64,000 nucleotides of DNA from NCBI GenBank assembly GCA_017523725.1, contig JAFWVY010000038.1, positions 1,487 through 65,486 of the forward strand. Direction: 5' to 3'. The notes under the pieces are model-generated. The model saw only the letters and a program-made list of their open reading frames with translations. It was not told the origin of the DNA and made no database searches. The position numbers and the translations under genes were made by a program. This DNA comes from Bacteroidales bacterium (GTDB lineage Bacteria; Bacteroidota; Bacteroidia; Bacteroidales; UBA4181). Of this stretch, positions 59,020-64,000 are shown in pieces. How positions within the stretch are numbered: position 1 is the stretch's first letter; every line of letters begins with the position of its first letter.

Positions 59020-60081
59020 TTACTCTTTATCTACATCAAAATAAACTTTTGAGAAGAATTCCATAGCTTTTTTGGAGCCAATAGTTACACGCAACACATC
59101 CTTCAACAGAATATTGCCATAGGTGTGGACAAGCGTTTTCTTCTCATCAGACAGGCGTCTGGCAATCTCATGAGCATCATGTTTAGGCTTGATCAGCACG
59201 TAATTGCCGTGACAATCCATAAACCAATAACCTCGTTTCCTCAGCTCGTTAATTAGATAGGCCTTCCCTTCTTTCTCCTGCTCAATGAGTTGCTCAATCA
59301 TTTTCGGATGCTCCAAAATACGCTCTGCAAACAATAAACCAACCGTGTTCACCTCATAGGCCAGTCTTGAATTTTTTACCCAATGAATCAAGTCTTTGTG
59401 ACCGACTACCATACCTACACGGCAACCTGCTATGGACATCAGCTTACTGAATGTGCGCAGTAATAGGACATTTTCGTTCTCAATCGCATAATGCAGAAAA
59501 GTCTTATCATAAAAGTAATGATAGGCTTCATCCAAAATAACAACTGCGCCGTTTTGTTTTGCCTTTTTAATTACTCGCTGCACCTCGTGTTCAGTGTAAA
59601 GATTTCCAATAGGGCTATTAGGGTTAAGAAGCACAACAACACGAGTGTCGGCAGTAATAGCATCAAGAATGGCGTCAATACTGATGCTAAAATCGTCGTT
59701 ATATTGTACTGGTTTGTGTTTCAACCCCAACATACTGCAACAAACCCAGTAAATCTCAAATGTTGGAGATACTGTTACAACCTCTTTTCCAGGCTCTCCA
59801 AAAATTTCAAGTAGAACGCGAATTCCGTGATCGGATCCATTTGTGCAATATACACTATCTTTATCAACTCCAATATAATTAGCATACTTGCCTATGAATC
59901 TTTCTGGTTCCGGATACATAGCAAGATACTCTGGAGTTAATTCTTTCAATACCGAGTCCACAAATTCCTTCGGCAAGCCTTCTGGATTCTCATTTGCATC
60001 ATAACGATGATAACCTGCACGACCTTGTTTAGGAAAGACTCGAGGTGTGCTGGAAATATATGGATTTATATAAAAGCTCAT
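59020..60081 (-). CDS. PLP-dependent class I/II enzyme, HisC/CobD-like (aminotransferase or decarboxylase)
   Basis: DANENP, YP, NGSD, NPNSP.G, DEAY, RTFSK (PLP Lys), RVTIG. Confidence 0.88.
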   Translation of the reverse strand: MSFYINPYISSTPRVFPKQGRAGYHRYDANENPEGLPKEFVDSVLKELTPEYLAMYPEPERFIGKYANYIGVDKDSVYCTNGSDHGIRVLLEIFGEPGKEVVTVSPTFEIYWVCCSMLGLKHKPVQYNDDFSISIDAILDAITADTRVVVLLNPNSPIGNLYTEHEVQRVIKKAKQNGAVVILDEAYHYFYDKTFLHYAIENENVLLLRTFSKLMSIAGCRVGMVVGHKDLIHWVKNSRLAYEVNTVGLLFAERILEHPKMIEQLIEQEKEGKAYLINELRKRGYWFMDCHGNYVLIKPKHDAHEIARRLSDEKKTLVHTYGNILLKDVLRVTIGSKKAMEFFSKVYFDVDKE

Positions 60082-60190
60082 TGTTTTAAATTAAATACAA
60101 TCATTAATATACAAAGAGTTATGTCAAACTTGCAATCTTTCTAAAACTCATTGAACGCAGTTTTGTGACAATTCTTGACAAACGAAGATG

Positions 60191-61468
60191 TTATTTCATC
60201 AACACATCAACCATCTCCGGACTGAACACCGGAATGTTCAATTTTGTTTTAACATTAACCCTCTCCGCGTTTGAATCATCAATGAACAACGCTTTGCTTG
60301 AATGAATATAGTCAACTTTATCAGATTCCCTGTCAATATGTATCACCTCATCGAAAAGGGCCTCCAATCGAAAGTGATGCAACTCTTTCTTCAGATCTCC
60401 ATCATGCTTACTGAGCAAATAAAGCTTCTTCCCTTGATTTACACACTGGTATAGGAATTTCACCAACTCCACATTTACTTTGTTTGTGTCGAGTATCAGG
60501 CAATCATCATAATCGCAGTATACAGAATCAAACTCGAGATTTGTCTTGTATCTATTATCCAAAGCCCGGTCCAGTTCCACATGATAGTTGTTCTTGGAGA
60601 CGCTTATCTTATAATCAAAAGCATCGAAAAGAGACAATAAGGCAAAATTAACCCCAACTGCCCGCGAGAGTAAAGAAGATCCACCCAAGCGTGACGCAAT
60701 CTCCAACAAACACAATTGTCCGTCCTTGTCACGTTTTACCTGATAGAACCACGCTCCCCTGAACTCTATCCGCTCATTGATTTTTTTTGCTATTTCCTCA
60801 AATTCATCTTGATCTTCTGCAAAAGAGGTATTCACGCTGATGCCGTCCTTTACCCGGGTTCGTTTACGCGCTGCACTATAAAGCAAGTGTCCGTCTTTAT
60901 CCGTAAAACAATCAACCGTAAATTCTTCTCCAGGCAAATACTCTAAGATCAATAAATCGTCTTTGTCCTTAATAAATGCATCAACTTCCTCCTGTGTTTT
61001 CAGTTTCATGGTTCCCTTTGCACCATATCCTATATTGGGTTTCGCAAAAACCGGGAAAGCATTTTGAGGAATGTCCGAAGGATAATAGATTAGAGGTACT
61101 CTGATGACACCTCGCAGTTTTTTGTACGTCAATTCTTTTGAAAGGCAGATCCTTGTTGTTTCCAGTGATGAAGAAACAACACGGCAGCCGAGTTCCGTCT
61201 CATGCTCTTTCAGAACGGTTATCACCAAGTCCATGGTTGGATAGATTGCGTCAATCTGACGCTCCTTTACAATCCGGGCCATGGTTGGGATAAAATCAGA
61301 AGCCGTTACATAAGGGACATCCGAGATATACTCTTCGTATACGAATTTCCCATGATCATCGATAGAACTGGCTCCGATTAAGCGGAAATAAGTAGAATAC
61401 TTGACTGAACTATAGATGTCCAATCCTATTTCAGAGCCACATGGGAAAACAAGGATATTCCTCTTCAT
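60191..61468 (-). CDS. ATP-grasp protein with C-terminal HAD-like domain
   Basis: FAKPNIGYG, LEYLPGEEFTVD, FYQVK...LEI..R; C-terminal YCDYDDCL, LLSKH, FIDDS. Confidence 0.82.
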   Translation of the reverse strand: MKRNILVFPCGSEIGLDIYSSVKYSTYFRLIGASSIDDHGKFVYEEYISDVPYVTASDFIPTMARIVKERQIDAIYPTMDLVITVLKEHETELGCRVVSSSLETTRICLSKELTYKKLRGVIRVPLIYYPSDIPQNAFPVFAKPNIGYGAKGTMKLKTQEEVDAFIKDKDDLLILEYLPGEEFTVDCFTDKDGHLLYSAARKRTRVKDGISVNTSFAEDQDEFEEIAKKINERIEFRGAWFYQVKRDKDGQLCLLEIASRLGGSSLLSRAVGVNFALLSLFDAFDYKISVSKNNYHVELDRALDNRYKTNLEFDSVYCDYDDCLILDTNKVNVELVKFLYQCVNQGKKLYLLSKHDGDLKKELHHFRLEALFDEVIHIDRESDKVDYIHSSKALFIDDSNAERVNVKTKLNIPVFSPEMVDVLMK

Positions 61469-62577
61469 TTAACGATACAGTCTATTATTTTCTGGACATC
61501 CCCTTCGCTCAAGGCGTGGTGCATCGGCAAACAGATAACCTCATCGGCAATACGGGTGGCCACCGGCAGGTTCTCTGGATTCGCCGAATCCAGCCCCCTG
61601 TATGTGGAAAAAGTACTGATGAGCGGATAAAAATACCTTCTTCCCCAAACGCCCTGTTCCCGCATCTTGAAATAGAGTTCGTCGCGTGTCATGCCATAGG
61701 CTTTGGCATCGACGAAAATCGGGAAGTAACTGTAATTGTGCCGGACACCGGGCATGTCATCAAAGAAACGGATACCGGATATGCCACGCAGAGCCTCCCG
61801 GTAACGGATGGCCACCTGGTGACGGGCTTCGATGGAAGCATCAACCAGCCTGAGATTGAGCAGACCGTAGGCGGCCCGGACTTCATCCATCTTGCTGTTG
61901 ATACCGGGTGCCACCACTTCCGTCTCTCCTGCAAACCCGAAGTTTTTGAGGTAGTCGATGCGCTGCTTGGTTTCGGCATCTTTCATAACCAGGGCACCGC
62001 CTTCGAGGGTGTTGTAAACCTTTGTGGCATGAAAACTCAAAGTGGACATATCGCCCTGATTCAGGACAGAGTCGCCGTTGACCTTTACGCCGAAAGCATG
62101 CGCCGCATCGTATATCACCTTCAGGCCGTATTTGTCGGCAATGGCTTGGATACGGGCTGTATCGCAGGGTTTGCCATAGCAATGCACCGGCATGATGGCC
62201 GTCGTCTTGGGTGTGATGGCCGCCTCGATCTTGTCGGGATCTATGCCACAGGTGGATTCCTCTATATCCACAAACACGGGCTTGCAGCCGTTCCACCAGA
62301 TGCTGTGGGTAGTGGCCACGAAACTGTATGGTGTGGTGATCACTTCCCCCGTAATGCGCAAGGCCTGCAATGCGGTCAAAAGGGGCAAGGTGCCGTTGGT
62401 GAACAGGCTGATGAAAGGTACACCGAGATATTCTGCCAGTGCCTTCTCAAGTTGCCGGTGGAACTGGCCGTTGTTGGTCACCCACTTGCTGGCCCAGATC
62501 TGTTCCAACATGGCGTTGAAGTCCCGGAGGTCGGGAAGCAACGGGCTGGTGACGGTGATTATGTTGTCTGTATTCAT
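61465..62577 (-). CDS. DegT/DnrJ/EryC1/StrS sugar aminotransferase (VioA-like)
   Basis: NGTL, TTPYSFVAT, YDAAHAFG, SFHATKVYNTLEGG, RRYFYP. Confidence 0.92.
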   Translation of the reverse strand: MNTDNIITVTSPLLPDLRDFNAMLEQIWASKWVTNNGQFHRQLEKALAEYLGVPFISLFTNGTLPLLTALQALRITGEVITTPYSFVATTHSIWWNGCKPVFVDIEESTCGIDPDKIEAAITPKTTAIMPVHCYGKPCDTARIQAIADKYGLKVIYDAAHAFGVKVNGDSVLNQGDMSTLSFHATKVYNTLEGGALVMKDAETKQRIDYLKNFGFAGETEVVAPGINSKMDEVRAAYGLLNLRLVDASIEARHQVAIRYREALRGISGIRFFDDMPGVRHNYSYFPIFVDAKAYGMTRDELYFKMREQGVWGRRYFYPLISTFSTYRGLDSANPENLPVATRIADEVICLPMHHALSEGDVQKIIDCIVK

Positions 62578-63860
62578 TGCAGTTTCCTCTCTTTGAATTC
62601 GAAACACGTCCTAACATCGCCCGGTTCTCTGCCCATATAACCGCCAATGGGCACTTGACGATTGCTGACCGTAAAGGAAATAAGGTCGCTTTCATTAGCT
62701 ATGACTTTGATGTTGTTAACCTGTTCAAAGGCCATGAAATCAATGGCAAAATTACCCCAGTTCAGGAAGTTGGCCGGTATATAGCAGATCTGCTCGTATT
62801 CGCCGGCATCGTGGCGCTTGTCATAGCATCGGTTTCCGCCACTGAACGAAAAAATCTTGTTTCCCTGCTCATTCTTCATATGCAGCGTTATCCAAAACTT
62901 TTCCATCGGACGGTCGAGGCGGTAGCGCATCAGCAGTTCGATTTCCTGGTCCATGCGCATCACGTCGGTATAATCCGCTCCCTTCCGGCGGATGCCGATT
63001 TCCAGCAGATGGAAACCATCCTTACCGATGGCCGGTGTCTCCCAGACTTTATGGTTGTCCACGTCGTTGTCGCCACGCAGATAGTGTGTCACGATGGTAT
63101 CGACATCGCCGTCATCGACCAACAGGCCGTTCTTAAGGATAACCGCTCGCTGGCACAGTGCCTTGACACTGGTCATGTTGTGGCTCACGAACAACACCGT
63201 CCGCCCCTCGCCCTTGCTCACATCCTGCATCTTGCCGATGGCTTTCTTCTGGAATTCCGCATCGCCCACGGCCAGCACTTCGTCCACGACCAGGATTTCG
63301 GGGTCGAGGTGCGCAGCCACGGCAAAGCCGAGACGCACCTTCATGCCCGAGCTATACCGCTTCACCGGAGTGTCGATATACCACTCGCAACCGGAAAAAT
63401 CGACAATTTCATCGAGTTTGCGGGCAATCTCGGGCTTGGTCATACCGAGGATGGCGCCGTTCATATAAACGTTTTCCCGGCCGGTCATCTCGGGATGGAA
63501 CCCTGTACCGACCTCAAGCAGCGAGCCGATGCGGCCGCGCGCCCGGATGGTGCCGACGGTCGGACCGGTCACCTTCGACAGCAACTTCAGCAAGGTACTC
63601 TTGCCGGCACCGTTGCGGCCGATGATGCCGACCACGCTGCCCTGTTCCACCTTGAAGCTGATGTTCTGCAGCGCCCATACATACTCACTGTCGGCTGCGG
63701 TGGAACGGTCGTTCACCGAGCCAATCTTGAGATACGGATCCTCCTTGTGACGCACGTTCACAGCCCACCAGCGGTTCAGGTCGTGGCTGAGCGTCTGCGT
63801 GGAAACAAGTCCGAGCCGGTATTGTTTCCCTATGTTGTCGAATTCTATGGCTGTAGGCAT
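62574..63860 (-). CDS. wzt: Polysaccharide ABC transporter ATP-binding protein with C-terminal domain
   Basis: GRNGAGKST, LLEVGTGFHPE, YSSGMKVRLGF, VDEVLAVGD, VSH; about 170-aa C-terminal extension. Confidence 0.93.
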   Translation of the reverse strand: MPTAIEFDNIGKQYRLGLVSTQTLSHDLNRWWAVNVRHKEDPYLKIGSVNDRSTAADSEYVWALQNISFKVEQGSVVGIIGRNGAGKSTLLKLLSKVTGPTVGTIRARGRIGSLLEVGTGFHPEMTGRENVYMNGAILGMTKPEIARKLDEIVDFSGCEWYIDTPVKRYSSGMKVRLGFAVAAHLDPEILVVDEVLAVGDAEFQKKAIGKMQDVSKGEGRTVLFVSHNMTSVKALCQRAVILKNGLLVDDGDVDTIVTHYLRGDNDVDNHKVWETPAIGKDGFHLLEIGIRRKGADYTDVMRMDQEIELLMRYRLDRPMEKFWITLHMKNEQGNKIFSFSGGNRCYDKRHDAGEYEQICYIPANFLNWGNFAIDFMAFEQVNNIKVIANESDLISFTVSNRQVPIGGYMGREPGDVRTCFEFKERKLQ

Positions 63861-63942
63861 AAGAATTATTTATCAATCAATAAAATAAGGTTCAACTTCG
63901 GAAAATTTCCATAAAATGGTAAATGCTTAATACCCCCGGATT

Positions 63943-64000
63943 CTACACCGTATCCATGAAACTTTTCTGCACCTTGTTGAATACCACGAGGCCGAAAGCC
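63943..64000 (-). CDS. wzm: 3' end of polysaccharide ABC transporter permease (truncated by the window)
   Basis: Manual translation AFGLVVFNKVQKSFMDTV*, resembling Wzm C-termini, directly upstream of wzt. Confidence 0.75.
   Translation of the reverse strand, partial: AFGLVVFNKVQKSFMDTV

Larger units (their letters stand above)
52420..61470. other. AT-rich cassette within the polysaccharide locus (probable horizontal acquisition)
   Basis: Visibly lower GC and loss of long antisense shadow ORFs compared with the flanks; boundaries approximate. Confidence 0.75.

Noticed and set aside
59020-60081. Calling this gene hisC
   Set aside because: It sits in a polysaccharide cassette with no his genes; the fold does not establish the substrate.
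61441-63914. Plus-strand ORFs of 399 and 445 aa
   Set aside because: Antisense shadows of the VioA-like and wzt genes.
1-64000. rRNA, tRNA, CRISPR, IS elements, invertible promoter
   Set aside because: None recognised by eye. The locus promoter region lies beyond the right edge, so inversion there cannot be assessed.

Overview
A GC-rich Bacteroidales-type chromosomal segment; TAnnTTTG -7 promoter boxes sit in front of many genes. Bases 1-19.7 kb are metabolic and housekeeping genes: a GH3 running off the left edge (absent from the ORF track), an SGNH esterase, YhcH, MarR plus FadL-like barrel, aroE, DedA, GH43, an S41-like lipoprotein, a gdh homologue, GT2, rlmN, prfA, pta and ackA. Bases 19.7-64 kb are one minus-strand surface-polysaccharide locus of more than 44 kb, truncated at the right edge inside wzm. 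It carries wzm/wzt, about 16 glycosyltransferases, 3 LicD proteins, two CDP-polyol modules, 6 AT3 acyltransferases plus an MBOAT/SGNH pair, glf, a Wzy-like protein, wza, wzc and a HAD phosphatase, and includes an AT-rich insert at about 52.4-61.5 kb. Most notable observations: (1) a Firmicute FabT-like MarR gene with an 8-3-8 operator-like palindrome, directly upstream of a FadL-like outer-membrane channel; (2) intact ORFs lacking key catalytic residues (S41 Ser/Lys, GDH Lys, NadE-glutaminase Cys) plus a nuclease-less SBD-like domain; (3) an AT-rich cassette that looks like an amino-polyol-phosphate capsule modification pathway; (4) a palindromic motif shared by two intergenic sites 15 kb apart. 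All family assignments come from motif recognition by eye, with no database searches. No rRNA, tRNA, CRISPR array or transposase was recognised.
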